A stretch of DNA of 64,000 nt from a candidate division WOR-3 bacterium (GCA_965649165.1 CBFGJT010000005.1:17358-81357); one strand, 5' to 3'; positions 28,674-38,677 are shown, counted from the stretch's first letter. Translations and numbers: made by a program. The notes: generated by a model not told the origin, from the letters alone.

Positions 28674-29287
28674 ACCTGCTGTTCGTGCCGTTGCTTCTGA
28701 GCCAGCTTCAGCTTGCCCGGCTGAAATACGGCGGTGGTGGTGACTGGTATAATGACCCGGAGATCATCCCCAACCTTTGCCGGGAGCTCAACCGGCGCAC
28801 GAGCATCCGCTGTATCACCGATGAGGCGCAGGTGTCACTCCTTGATGAGCGGCTCTATCAGTATCCCTTTCTCTTCATGACCGGACACGGGAATATCAGT
28901 TTCTCAGAGGAGGAGGTAATTAGGCTGCGTCGCTATCTGGAGCAGGGCGGATTTCTGTATGCGGATGATGACTACGGTATGGATGAATCGTTCCGCCGGG
29001 AGCTGAAGAAGGTTTTTCCCAATTCCGAACTGGTTGAGTTGCCATTTGACCATCCGATTTACCACTGTTTTTATGATTTTCCCCAGGGTCTGCCTAAAAC
29101 TCATGAGCATTACGAGGGTCCGCCTAAGGGTTACGGGCTTTATGTTGGTGGCAGGCTGGCAGTTTTGTATACCTATAACTCCAATATCTCCGACGGCTGG
29201 ACTGACCGGTATAAAGATCCGCCTGAGGTCCGAGAGCAGGCGCTGCGGATGGGCATCAACATCATCTGCTATTTCCTGACCCACTGA
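28667..29287 (+). CDS. DUF4159 domain-containing protein
   Basis: Contains LKYGGGGDWYNDPE.IPNL and F.FMTGHGNISFSEEE...LR.YLE.GGFLYADDDYGMD. Confidence 0.75.
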   Translation: MLNLLFVPLLLSQLQLARLKYGGGGDWYNDPEIIPNLCRELNRRTSIRCITDEAQVSLLDERLYQYPFLFMTGHGNISFSEEEVIRLRRYLEQGGFLYADDDYGMDESFRRELKKVFPNSELVELPFDHPIYHCFYDFPQGLPKTHEHYEGPPKGYGLYVGGRLAVLYTYNSNISDGWTDRYKDPPEVREQALRMGINIICYFLTH

Positions 29288-29911
29288 CTGGTAAACGGTC
29301 GGATTTATAAAGGTTGTTCCGATTGGAGGAATCGAAAAGGCGGGGCGGACCAAATCTGCCCTGCCTGATGCTCTGTGGTTTCGGCGCCCGAGCAGGATTT
29401 TTACGGTCTGGTGGTGATCACCAGCACAGAACCGGCAGAAATAGACGCCGTTGGCAAGCGGTCTGCTCCACTGGTACTGACCATCCCAGTTCAGACGGTA
29501 GATACCGGCCTTCTGCACCGAGTTCACCAGCGTCCGCACCACCCGGCCTGAAAAGTCAAACACCGGCAGACTTACCGGTCCCGCCTCTGCCAGTGAGTAG
29601 CAGATGAGTCTCTGGCGGAGAAACGGGTTGGGTGATGGCTGATAAAGCCGGGTCACGAGCGGCGATATCGCCTGCTGCTCAAACTGCTGTCTTTCCTGGA
29701 GTCCGGTTGCCGGCTCTGGCTGCCAGAAGCCGACGAAGGCAAGAAGGTTATCCCCGCTCATCCTGTCGGCAGCGGTCTGGCCAATGATTGAGCCGCAGCG
29801 GTAGTTGCCTCCTACCTCTCCACCACTAGTCGCCACCACCTGCCAGTCACAGCGGTAGGGCTGAGCAAGCACCAGCCCCACGATAATAGCAATCAGCGCA
29901 AGATAACGCAT
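28904..29911 (-). CDS. small T9SS cargo (shared N-terminal module plus T9SS-type CTD); the ORF lacks a stop at its expected end
   Basis: Signal peptide, then QPYRCDWQVVATSGGEVGGNYRCGSIIGQT...FVGFWQPEP. The CTD ends ..GVYFCRFCAGDHHQTVKILLGRR near 29385. The frame then stays open through a terminator hairpin and runs antisense to the DUF4159 gene. Confidence 0.55.
   Translation of the reverse strand: MRYLALIAIIVGLVLAQPYRCDWQVVATSGGEVGGNYRCGSIIGQTAADRMSGDNLLAFVGFWQPEPATGLQERQQFEQQAISPLVTRLYQPSPNPFLRQRLICYSLAEAGPVSLPVFDFSGRVVRTLVNSVQKAGIYRLNWDGQYQWSRPLANGVYFCRFCAGDHHQTVKILLGRRNHRASGRADLVRPAFSIPPIGTTFINPTVYQSVGQEIADDVDAHPQRLLSDLRRIFIPVSPAVGDIGVIGIQNCQPATNIKPVTLRRTLVMLMSFRQTLGKIIKTVVNRMVKWQLNQFGIGKNLLQLPAERFIHTVVIIRIQKSALLQIATQPNYLLL
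29331..29365 (-). terminator. rho-independent terminator inside the read-through tail of the 28904-29911 ORF
   Basis: Minus strand reads GGCAGGGC agatttggtcc GCCCCGCC followed by TTTTCGATT. Confidence 0.6.
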
Positions 29912-29914
29912 TTT

Positions 29915-31352
29915 TTACCTCCGCTTCAACTCGCTCTTCAGCGCCTCAATCTCTGCCTGCTGGGCCTTGAGCGCAGCCAACAGGAAGCCGATGGCATCAC
30001 CAGTACTGATGCCGTCACGGTCCGGAGTTGCTAACAGTTCTGGTGCCTCTTCCGCAATAACCCCGATATGCTCCTCACCCGATTCCTCCGATTTGTAGCG
30101 GTAACGGACGACCCGGGTCTGGGTCAGTTCTTCCAGAAAAGCCTTGAGCTCATCGAGCGTTAATGTCCTGATGTCTTTCTTTAGCTGGCATTGACCCAGT
30201 TGGTTCCATTGCAGTAGGCACCACCCTGGACATCTATGTTATGGGTCGGGTTCTGCACGCCAACACCCAGTTTGGTTGCTGCGCCCGAATGGTAGAATAT
30301 AACTGCCCGGGCTGTTGATGTTGACCAGTTCTCGCCAAAGGCAAAGGTGTAGTCCGCGCCCCCTTACCCTAGTATTGTAACCACCGGCAAAACCATAGTC
30401 ACCTGCACCGGTATCACTATACCCGCCGGCAACCGTGGCATCACCACACTTGCCGCGTTGGACACGTCGCCGCCAACCGTGCGTTCTGCCCCGATGTGCC
30501 GGTGGTGCAGGTAACCCCAAGGTTGGTGTGGGGGTGCGAGCACTACCAAAAAGCATGTTATTGGCTCCGCCGCGAACGCTGCCCAGTTGCCTGATAGTAT
30601 AAAGCACGCTGTCAGGAGTCCCGCGCACCCAGACGTTGTCACTTGACCCGACCGCATCATCTGCCGGCGCCCCCTGGCTGCTATTCCACTTGATGACCTG
30701 GCCGGTTGCGGCACCAGACTGATTGATTTTCGCCATCGTCACCTCACCCTTGCCAATCTTGGTGCCGATGACTGCAATGTTCGCAATATCAGCGGTTCCA
30801 ACCGCACCGTCAGTGATCATCGCACTGGTAACCGAGTTTGTCTGCCCTCGTTCATATACCTGGCATCCAGGGCGGTTGTGTCTTTACCCTGCAACTGATC
30901 AGCGGTTGCGGCTCGCTCGCTCAGAAAGGCGTAGGCAGAGGAGACAATTCGCAACCTGGGCGTCAGCTCAGAACCGGTGTCCACCTGCAGGCTGAGATAA
31001 ACCGTTCCCGCATCCGGGATACTGCTGATTGGTGTCACCGAGCCAAGCAGAACCGAGAAGATGCCGTTTCTGACATTGATGGTCTGCACCTCATTCCAGA
31101 ACGGGCTGCCGCCGGTCTCCTAAGTATAGAGGTCAACTGATAGCTGCCATCCGGCACCGGGTTGCCCAGCGAATCGGTTAATCTGCCCTGATAGGAAAGG
31201 AGCCACGGGATTGTAATCGCATCGGTGGCAGCGACTACCCCTGCACTTACAAGGGTGCGGGCTGAACTGGGCGCAACTACTGCATCCTCATTTGCCCGGG
31301 TCAAGCCACCCAGGAAAATCAGCGCCACTGCCATTATCGTTCTGACAGGCAT
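29915..31352 (-). pseudogene. tail-fibre-like protein with C-terminal Peptidase_S74-like (intramolecular chaperone) domain, disrupted by several frameshifts and stops
   Basis: Homologous sense segments are spread over all three minus frames. They are: MPVRTIMAVALIFLGG..LSYQGRLTDSLGNPVPDGSYQLT; ETGGSPFWNEVQTINVRNGIFSVLLG..RLRIVSSAYA; NSVTSAMITDGAVGTADIANIAV..GQVIKWN; GDYTFAFGENW..KLGVGVQNPTHNIDVQGGAYCNGTNWVNAS; and KKDIRTLTLDELKAFLEEL..VVRYRYK...EHIGVIAEEAPELL. Confidence 0.65.
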
Positions 31353-31619
31353 AATACCTCTTTTTGCTATTAGTGCTCGCCGCGGTTTGAGTTGACTCAG
31401 TAAAAATATAATTCCGTTTCTGCTCGCTGTCGATCTCCATTTAACTATAATAACGGTGACAGCTTGCGGTAGCATGCGGGTGGTGAGAGGTATCACCTGG
31501 GCCCGGAAAAGGCAGAGGTTGACCGGTGGTGGGATTAAAGGTTGGTGAAATAGGGCTGGCAGGTTGTCCAATTTTCCGGCGGTGCCGAAATTTTCGGCTG
31601 TTATTTGGCAACGTTAACG

Positions 31620-31680
31620 CTTTCAATCAGTTAAAACATAGATGCCTTTACCCTGGGGGCAGTTCCCCTTACCGTAATGG
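31620..31680 (+). repeat. copy B of the conserved noncoding motif (CTTTCAAT ... GGGGGCAGTTCCCCTTACCGTAATGG)
   Basis: See copy A. The same octamer lies 27 nt upstream of the core here, against 35 nt in copy A. Confidence 0.6.
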
Positions 31681-31792
31681 TTGTAGAGATGGTGCTGAGC
31701 AGCGAAAATAAGATTTACGGTTTAGATTCTCGATCGGTTCGGGGGCAGGGTCAGTTTGAGCTGAAAACAGGGGGCGGATGCGGGCAGCAGGC

Positions 31793-31820
31793 TTGATTTA
31801 AATCAAGGTCGGTCTATACT
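31793..31820 (+). promoter_or_regulatory. sigma70-like promoter (TTGATT-16-TATACT) for uvrA
   Basis: The -10 ends 11 nt before ATG 31832 and there is no Shine-Dalgarno sequence in between. Confidence 0.55.
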
Positions 31821-31831
31821 ATAAGATTCAG

Positions 31832-34663
31832 ATGCAGGATGTGATTTCAATCCGCGGGGCGAGAGAGCATAATCTTAAGAATATCAGTGTTGATATTCCC
31901 CGGAATAAGTTGGTGGTGATTACCGGCATTTCCGGTTCGGGCAAGTCGTCGCTGGCGTTTGATACTATTTATGCTGAAGGGCAGCGCCGGTATATCGAGT
32001 CTCTTTCCGCCTATGCAAGACAGTTTCTCGGGATGCTGGAGAAGCCGGATTGTGATCAGATTACCGGGCTGTCACCGGCAATCGCAATTGAGCAGCGGAC
32101 CAGTGCCCGCAACCCGCGTTCAACTGTGGGCACGACTACCGAAATTTATGACTACCTGCGGTTGCTCTTTGCCCGGGTGGGCAGGCCGTTCTGTCCGAAG
32201 TGTGACCAGCCGATCAGTTCTCAGACCAGCGATCAGATTGTTGACAGTCTGCTCAGTCTGCCCGCGGGCACCGGAGTGGTGATTCTGGCACCGCTGGTGC
32301 GGGGAAGGAAAGGTGAATACCGCGAGCAGCTCCAGCAGGCAAAACGGCGCGGTTACATCCGGGTGCGGGTTGATGGTGAGATTTATGAGCTTGATGAGGT
32401 GCCGCCTTTGGAGAAGTATAAGAAGCACAATATTGAGCTGGTGATTGACCGGCTGACGGTGCGGCAGGAAGTCCGCAAGCGGCTCGCCGATTCGGTGGAG
32501 CTGGCACTGGGTGAGGGGCAGGGGCGGTGTCTGGTAATGGTTGAGACCGGCAGGGGGAAATTTGAGGAGCGGATCTTCTCCGCCGCGTTCGCCTGTCCGG
32601 ATTGCGGTTTTTCCTTTGAGGAGATTTCACCCCGGCTGTTTTCATTTAATTCACCCTATGGTGCCTGTCCGAAGTGTCATGGTCTGGGAACGAAGATGGA
32701 GATAGATCCCGACCGGCTGATTGCCGATCCGAACCTTTCAATTCTTGACGGTGCGCTGGAACCTTGGGGTGAGGCAAGGGATAAAAGCGGCTGGCTGCTG
32801 GGCAAGCTGGAGGCGCTGGCCAAGAGGTTCAAATTCAATCTGGAGACGCCGTGGAAAGAGCTGCCTCAGACCGCCCGGCAGGCGATTCTCTACGGGACTG
32901 AGGAGGAGCTGAAGTTCCGGTATGAGAGCGAGGAGTGGGAGTATACCTGGCAGGACCGTTACGAAGGGCTGGTTCCATATCTGGAACGGGTTTACCGCGA
33001 GACTGAATCTGAGGCGCGGCGGGAGTGGGTAGAGCAGTTCATGTCGGTATTGCCCTGTCCGGAGTGCAACGGCGCGCGATTGAAGCCGGAGGCGCTGGCG
33101 GTGAAGATCGCCGGACTGAACATCGCGGAGGTGACCAGGATGTCGGTTAAGGAGGCACTGCGTTTCTTTGATGAGCTGACACTGACTTCGAAGGAGCAGG
33201 TGGTGGCGCGGGAGGTGCTCAAGGAGATCAGGCGCCGGCTCGGGTTCATGCAGCAGGTGGGTCTGGATTATCTGACTCTCGATCGGACTACCGAGAGTCT
33301 GGGCGGTGGCGAGGCACAGCGGGTGCGGCTGGCAACTCAAATTGGTTCCGGGTTGGTGGGGGTGGTCTACATTTTGGATGAGCCGTCAATCGGTCTGCAT
33401 CAGCGTGATAACCGGAAGTTGCTTTCTACCCTAAAAGGTTTACGGGATCTGGGTAATACTGTGATCGTAGTTGAACACGACGAGGAGACGATCCGGGAGG
33501 CGGACTGGGTGATTGATCTGGGTCCGGGCGCCGGTGCTCAGGGCGGGCGGGTGGTAGCACAGGGTAGACCGGAGGATATCATCGCCTCTCCAAGGTCGCT
33601 TACTGGTGCCTATCTGGCAGGCAGGCGCCGGATTGAGGTGCCGAAGGAGCGGCGTCAGCCGCAGCGCGGTTTTTTGCGGGTTGAGGGGTGCCGGGAGAAC
33701 AACCTCAAGAATATTGATGTTGAGATTCCACTCGGGCTGCTGGTATGTGTGACTGGGGTTTCGGGTTCGGGTAAGTCCACGCTGGTCAACGACATCCTTT
33801 ATCGGGCGCTGGCACGTCACTTTTACAATTCACTGGAGAAGCCGGGTGCCCACCGAGGGATTGTCGGGCTGGAGAAGATTGACAAGGTGATCAACATTGA
33901 CCAATCACCGATCGGCCGGACACCCCGTTCCAATCCCGCAACCTACACCGGTGCCTTTGGTCCGATCCGGGAGCTCTTTGCCCGGACAAAGGAGGCACGG
34001 CTGCGTGGCTACAAGCCGGGGCGGTTCTCATTCAATGTCCGCGGTGGTAGATGCGAGGCGTGTGCCGGCGACGGTATTATCCGGGTTGAGATGCATTTCC
34101 TGCCTGATGTGTATGTCACCTGTGATGTCTGCAAGGGCAGGCGTTATAACCGGGAGACGCTGGAGGTGAAATACAAGGGCAAAAATATCAGTGAGGTGCT
34201 GGCGATGTGTGTTGATGAGGCATACGATTTTTTTCTGAACATACCTCCGGTGGAGCGGAAGCTGAAGCTTTTAAAGGATGTCGGCCTGGGCTATATACAG
34301 CTGGGTCAGCCGGCGCCGACTTTGTCCGGCGGTGAGGCCCAGCGGATCAAGCTTGCCCGCGAGCTGTCCAAAATCGGAACCGGCAGAACACTTTATCTCC
34401 TTGATGAACCGACCACCGGTCTGCATTTTGAAGATGTCCGGCTCCTGCTCGGGGTGCTGAATCGGCTGGTGGAACGGGGGAATACAGTGGTGGTAATTGA
34501 GCACAACCTTGAAGTGATCAAGTGTGCGGACTGGCTGATTGACCTTGGACCAGAAGGCGGGGATGAGGGCGGTAGAGTTGTATGCGCCGGTCCGCCCGAA
34601 CGGATTGCCGCCTGCCCTCAATCCTGGACCGGCCGATTTCTTAAACCGATTTTGCAGGTTTAA
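31832..34663 (+). CDS. uvrA: excinuclease ABC subunit A
   Basis: 943 aa with two ABC ATPase modules (GISGSGKSS and GVSGSGKST), zinc-finger Cys pairs, and LSGGE signatures. Confidence 0.97.
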   Translation: MQDVISIRGAREHNLKNISVDIPRNKLVVITGISGSGKSSLAFDTIYAEGQRRYIESLSAYARQFLGMLEKPDCDQITGLSPAIAIEQRTSARNPRSTVGTTTEIYDYLRLLFARVGRPFCPKCDQPISSQTSDQIVDSLLSLPAGTGVVILAPLVRGRKGEYREQLQQAKRRGYIRVRVDGEIYELDEVPPLEKYKKHNIELVIDRLTVRQEVRKRLADSVELALGEGQGRCLVMVETGRGKFEERIFSAAFACPDCGFSFEEISPRLFSFNSPYGACPKCHGLGTKMEIDPDRLIADPNLSILDGALEPWGEARDKSGWLLGKLEALAKRFKFNLETPWKELPQTARQAILYGTEEELKFRYESEEWEYTWQDRYEGLVPYLERVYRETESEARREWVEQFMSVLPCPECNGARLKPEALAVKIAGLNIAEVTRMSVKEALRFFDELTLTSKEQVVAREVLKEIRRRLGFMQQVGLDYLTLDRTTESLGGGEAQRVRLATQIGSGLVGVVYILDEPSIGLHQRDNRKLLSTLKGLRDLGNTVIVVEHDEETIREADWVIDLGPGAGAQGGRVVAQGRPEDIIASPRSLTGAYLAGRRRIEVPKERRQPQRGFLRVEGCRENNLKNIDVEIPLGLLVCVTGVSGSGKSTLVNDILYRALARHFYNSLEKPGAHRGIVGLEKIDKVINIDQSPIGRTPRSNPATYTGAFGPIRELFARTKEARLRGYKPGRFSFNVRGGRCEACAGDGIIRVEMHFLPDVYVTCDVCKGRRYNRETLEVKYKGKNISEVLAMCVDEAYDFFLNIPPVERKLKLLKDVGLGYIQLGQPAPTLSGGEAQRIKLARELSKIGTGRTLYLLDEPTTGLHFEDVRLLLGVLNRLVERGNTVVVIEHNLEVIKCADWLIDLGPEGGDEGGRVVCAGPPERIAACPQSWTGRFLKPILQV

Positions 34664-35472
34664 ACGCAGGTTACGTTTCCGGGGTGTTTAATCACCAGTC
34701 TGTCGATTTTCACTGCCTGTCCGGTATTAATATCTATTTCGATGAGTACACCGTTGAGTCGGATATCCCCGGTTGCCGGCTGGAGCCGGATTGGGACCTG
34801 TTCAATGAGCCGGCGCAGAGATAGATCTTTCTTCATGCCCAGCACCGAGTCGAAGGCACCACACATGCCGGCGTCAGTAATGTAGGCGGTGCCTCGAGGC
34901 AGAATTTCTTCATCCGCGGTCTGAATATGGGTGTGGGTGCCGATGACCGCCGATACCTGACCATCAAGAAGCCAGCCCATTGCCCGTTTTTCCGCGGTGG
35001 CTTCTGCATGAAAGTCAACGATGATCATCGGGGTTCGGCTGCGAATCTCCGGCAGCAGACTTTGAATGCGCTGGAACGGGCAGTCAACCGGTTTCATGAA
35101 GACTCTACCCAAAAGATTGATAATGGCAATTCTGCCGATACCCGATTTCAGCTCATAGACGCCAAAGCCTCTTCCCGGTGCCCCGGGCGGAAAGTTGAGC
35201 GGGCGGAGAATCTTTTCTTCGGTGTTCAGAAACTCCCAGAGTTCGTGGCGGTCAAAGCAGTGGTCACCGGTGGTGATGCAGTTGGCACCGGCGCGCAAAA
35301 GCTCCTCAGCCAGTTTCGGTGTAATGCCGTAGCCACCGGCGGCATTTTCGCCATTGACGATACAGAAGTCGGGCTGGAACGTCGCCTTCAACCCGGGCAG
35401 CAGGTGTTTAACCGCCTCCCGGCCCGGCTCAGCACAGACATCCCCCAGAAACAGAATTCGTTCAGTGGGCAT
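34660..35472 (-). CDS. ymdB: YmdB-family (TIGR00282) metallophosphoesterase, 2',3'-cyclic-nucleotide phosphodiesterase-like
   Basis: Contains ILFLGDV....GR.AV and [11 protein letters not shown], with the conserved position directly after rny. Confidence 0.85.
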   Translation of the reverse strand: MPTERILFLGDVCAEPGREAVKHLLPGLKATFQPDFCIVNGENAAGGYGITPKLAEELLRAGANCITTGDHCFDRHELWEFLNTEEKILRPLNFPPGAPGRGFGVYELKSGIGRIAIINLLGRVFMKPVDCPFQRIQSLLPEIRSRTPMIIVDFHAEATAEKRAMGWLLDGQVSAVIGTHTHIQTADEEILPRGTAYITDAGMCGAFDSVLGMKKDLSLRRLIEQVPIRLQPATGDIRLNGVLIEIDINTGQAVKIDRLVIKHPGNVTCV

Positions 35473-37030
35473 AATTGACCGCCCGGGTTTCTCTGATCAC
35501 CGTGACCTTGATTTGTCCCGGGTATTTTAATTCCGATTCTATTTGACTTGCAATGCGGGCAGCAAGCTCACTCGCGTCCTGATCCGATACTTTGGTTGGT
35601 TCGACCAGCACGCGTATTTCCCGGCCTGCCTGGACCGCATATGCCCGTTCAACCCCTGGGAAGGACGCAGCGATCGCTTCCAGGTTTTCAATCCGCTTGA
35701 TATAGGTTTCAAAACTTTCTCGCCGGGCACCAGGCCGGGAGCCGGATACGCCGTCAGCAGCAGCGACGAGAAAGGCATAGGCAGAGTCCATGGTTGTTTC
35801 CTCGTGATGGGCGGCAATCGCATTGACGACAAGCGGTTCTTCTCCATAGCGCCGGGCGAGCTCTGCACCAATCTGAGCATGTGTGCCCTCAAGAGTCTGA
35901 TCCGCCGCCTTGCCGATGTCATGGAGTAGACCTGCACGTTTGGCAATCACTGGGTCCAGTTCCAGTTCCTGTGCCATCAGCGCTGCAAGGTAGGCAACTT
36001 CCCGACTGTGGAGGAGAACATTCTGGCCATAACTGGTGCGGAAGCGGAGTCTTCCCAGAAATTTCACCAGTTCCGGGTGCAGACCGATGATACCCAGTTC
36101 GAGTGCTACTTCCTCTCCGGTGGATTTAATTATCTGGTCCATCTCCTGCTGAACCCGGCTGACCACCTCTTCGATTCTTGCCGGATGAATTCTGCCGTCC
36201 TGAACCAGCTTTTCCATCGCCCGGCGGGCGATTTCGCGGCGGATCGGGTCGAACCCGGAGATGATGATCGCACCTGGGGTGTCATCAATCATAACTTCCA
36301 CGCCAGTGATTGCCTCAAATGTGCGGATGTTTCTGCCTTCCCGGCCGATGATCCGACCTTTCAGTTCATCAGAAGGCAGATTGACGACCGAGACGGTGGT
36401 TTCTGAGGTGTGAGCGATGGCACAGCGTTGAATCGCAGCGGCAATTACTTCCCGGGCTTCGGCTTCAGCCCGTGCCTTTGCCTCCTCTTTGATTTCCCTG
36501 ATCAGCCGGGCAGCTTCGAGCCGGGCTTCGTTCTCGAGGTTGTGAATCAGTTCGCGCTTTGCCTCCTCAGCTGAGAGTCCGGCGATACGTTCAAGCCGGG
36601 CGTTCTCCTGTTCAATCAGCTGGTCAAGCCGCTCCATCTTGGCCCGGGTGAGTTTCTCCCGGGCCACCAGATCCCGGTCCTTTTTAATCAGATCCGCCTC
36701 TTTCTGAATCAGTAATGCTTCGCGCCGGGCAAGAAAGGCTTCCCGTTCGGTAAGTTTCTGTTCGAGTCGTTCCAGTTCCCGCTGGGCAGCTGAAGTCTGG
36801 GCTTCAAATTTTACGCGTTCGCGGTCCCAGTCCTCCTTTGCCCGGATTTCTCCCTGACGCTGAATTTCCTCAGCCCGTTTTTTTGCCTCAGCAATGATCG
36901 CCGCACCGTCTGCTTCACGGTGGGCAAGAAACTTCCGTGCCGCACGGCGACTGGCACTGATGCCAACCCAGAACCCGATAATTCCCAAAACCACCGCTGC
37001 CGCGATGGGGATGATGATATTCCAGTCCAT
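35462..37030 (-). CDS. rny: ribonuclease Y
   Basis: N-terminal TM helix, a long coiled coil, a KH domain (GRIIGREGRNIR) and an HD domain (HS.EVA......A.ELG.D....KRAGLLHDIGKA). AAGGAGG lies upstream. Confidence 0.95.
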   Translation of the reverse strand: MDWNIIIPIAAAVVLGIIGFWVGISASRRAARKFLAHREADGAAIIAEAKKRAEEIQRQGEIRAKEDWDRERVKFEAQTSAAQRELERLEQKLTEREAFLARREALLIQKEADLIKKDRDLVAREKLTRAKMERLDQLIEQENARLERIAGLSAEEAKRELIHNLENEARLEAARLIREIKEEAKARAEAEAREVIAAAIQRCAIAHTSETTVSVVNLPSDELKGRIIGREGRNIRTFEAITGVEVMIDDTPGAIIISGFDPIRREIARRAMEKLVQDGRIHPARIEEVVSRVQQEMDQIIKSTGEEVALELGIIGLHPELVKFLGRLRFRTSYGQNVLLHSREVAYLAALMAQELELDPVIAKRAGLLHDIGKAADQTLEGTHAQIGAELARRYGEEPLVVNAIAAHHEETTMDSAYAFLVAAADGVSGSRPGARRESFETYIKRIENLEAIAASFPGVERAYAVQAGREIRVLVEPTKVSDQDASELAARIASQIESELKYPGQIKVTVIRETRAVNYAH

Positions 37031-37041
37031 AGCGCCTCCTT

Positions 37042-37216
37042 AAAATACAAAATAAAACCCTGCGGTGTCGTGTAGTGCAGTCTCTGAACCCGTAAGACAG
37101 GTGGGAGCCTCAGAATGGTTTCACGCTGCCTTGCGGCGGCACTCCGCCATTCTATCGTAGCCCCCGTTCAACGGGTGTTGGCTCAAGACTCAGCCACTAT
37201 CACGGACACTGCAGGG
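37042..37216 (-). ncRNA. candidate 6S-like structured RNA (alternatively a very long zapA terminator / rny leader)
   Basis: A 159-nt element at 37058-37216 folds by hand into a 31-bp bulged closing helix, an internal bubble of 26 nt and 21 nt, and an apical stem AGAAUGG/CCAUUCU. It is followed by UUUUAUUUUGUAUUUU. It begins in the last codons of zapA. Confidence 0.45.
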
Positions 37217-37486
37217 AGCCTGAATTACTTGATCCAGCTTTTCAATGAGCATGCCGATCCGGCGCCGGAGCCATTCCTGCTGGGAATGGTTCTGCTGCAG
37301 GTATTCGTCTACCAGATTCATCGATGCCAGCACTGCAGTACGGACGGTATTCGGGTGTTGAAGTTGGGTGCTGAGTTCTTTCATCTTCCGGTCGACAATT
37401 TCGGCGATCTGCAAAACATAATCGGCGTCCCGATCGGACCTGATATTGTATTCATTGCCAAAAATACGGACTACAAAATTCTTCAT
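37190..37486 (-). CDS. zapA: cell division protein ZapA
   Basis: 98 aa. Contains V.IFG.EY.I.SD.D..Y....A..VD.KM.E, followed by a C-terminal helix. Confidence 0.8.
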   Translation of the reverse strand: MKNFVVRIFGNEYNIRSDRDADYVLQIAEIVDRKMKELSTQLQHPNTVRTAVLASMNLVDEYLQQNHSQQEWLRRRIGMLIEKLDQVIQAPCSVRDSG

Positions 37487-37509
37487 TTCGGCTCCCTTTA
37501 TGATATACT

Positions 37510-37716
37510 TTACAGCAGGGAGTCTATTTTGTCAATGATGGAATTCAGCCGGTCAATCAGCGTCTGACGCATTCTTTCCAGTCGGGCAATTTTCTCCTGC
37601 AGTTCCCGGTTTTCCCGGCGGAGCCGGTGGAGTAGTTCCACCGCCTGGTCAACTTTCTTTTCCAGCTCGTTCAGCTGTTCGTTCAACTTCTGATCGGCAG
37701 GAAATCCGGGTTTCAT
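37510..37716 (-). CDS. small coiled-coil protein, ZapB-like
   Basis: 68 aa with heptad-rich sequence LNELEKKVDQAVELLHRLRRENRELQEKIARLE, located immediately upstream of zapA. Confidence 0.45.
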   Translation of the reverse strand: MKPGFPADQKLNEQLNELEKKVDQAVELLHRLRRENRELQEKIARLERMRQTLIDRLNSIIDKIDSLL

Positions 37717-37720
37717 CGGT

Positions 37721-38563
37721 TTATCGGTGGTAGATCAGATGCAGACCTGGGACCGGCTGGAGCCAGGATTCCAGTTCAACCGTGGCGTTCGCCCGGTTTA
37801 CCAACTTTACCTTCAACAGGGCAAAATAACTCTGATTATCATGGGGGATATAGATGCCGATGAGAGCGGGCAGCGCGGTTTCCGGGATAGTGGTATAATT
37901 GAAATAGGTAGTGTTATCGACTGGAGGCAGAGGTGTATTTTCATCCGTGAGCGGGTTGGTGAGCCACGTGCTGTCCCAGTTTGCTGTGGGTACAACTCCA
38001 GAGGGATCAGACGGTCCCATAGAAGGACTGGCAAGGCGGTAGGGACCGCTGGTGCCGGTAGTAAAGTCAGTCAAATAAAAATGGATGAAAGGGGCATTTT
38101 CTGCCTGACGCATTGAATAGGTACGGGCAGAGCCGGAATCCAGATTCCAGCCATATCCGGCATTCCCCGTGCCGTCCAGTTCGGAAATGGATTTCGGCGG
38201 GGTGTGAACAGGGACGGTGCTCAGAATAGTGACAGATTTATACTCTCTGCCGGCAAAAATGGCAGAAATCTGATATTTGCCGGTGATGCCTTGCGGATTG
38301 TGGAGAAAATTAGTGGCGGTGGTGTCGCCGATCTGAGTGAAGGTGGATTCACCTGCTGGACAGAAGTAAATTCGATAACTGTCAGGCATACCTTCAGCAG
38401 GTGTTGTCCAGACCAGCTGGACAATAGTGTCACTGGCTGCAGCGATCTGCAGGTTTGCCGGCGGACCGCCGATGACCCCACAACCAGCCAGCAGTGCAGC
38501 CGCGGTGACAGCGACCAAGCTTAAACCTGAATAAAGGGCTTTCTTCACACTTGCCTCCTGCAT
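37721..38563 (-). CDS. FN3-like domain lipoprotein, paralog 2
   Basis: Lipobox LLAGC. FN3-like segment ..IVQLVWTTPAEGMPDSYRIYF. The C-terminal domain is shared with the upstream gene (GNAGYGWN..SGSARTYSM.QA). Confidence 0.65.
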   Translation of the reverse strand: MQEASVKKALYSGLSLVAVTAAALLAGCGVIGGPPANLQIAAASDTIVQLVWTTPAEGMPDSYRIYFCPAGESTFTQIGDTTATNFLHNPQGITGKYQISAIFAGREYKSVTILSTVPVHTPPKSISELDGTGNAGYGWNLDSGSARTYSMRQAENAPFIHFYLTDFTTGTSGPYRLASPSMGPSDPSGVVPTANWDSTWLTNPLTDENTPLPPVDNTTYFNYTTIPETALPALIGIYIPHDNQSYFALLKVKLVNRANATVELESWLQPVPGLHLIYHR

Positions 38564-38630
38564 TGTATATTAATCAGGCTAATCACAGAATGCCCGGTTG
38601 TCAAATTAAGACTGGTTAAGTTTTCGTAAT

Positions 38631-38657
38631 AAAAAAGAGCCCCCATTTACGGGGGCT
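38631..38657 (-). terminator. rho-independent terminator between the two FN3 paralogs
   Basis: Minus strand reads AGCCCCC GTAAAT GGGGGCT followed by CTTTTTT. Confidence 0.8.
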
Positions 38658-38677
38658 TAATGAATTAAGAACCCACT

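Noticed and set aside
31441-31711. 61-aa ORFs on both strands, a small GCCGAAATTTTCGGC hairpin (31584-31598) and a TATAAT at about 31448 in the fibre/uvrA spacer as a possible sRNA gene
   Set aside because: The ORFs have no RBS or motif. The TATAAT lacks a credible -35, and the hairpin stem is only 5-7 bp. The region is only noted as part of the long spacer that carries motif copy B.
34658-34665. uvrA and ymdB stop codons share the palindrome GTTTAAAC (4-nt convergent overlap)
   Set aside because: The overlap is real but trivial. TAA read on both strands of TTTAAA carries no evident regulatory implication.
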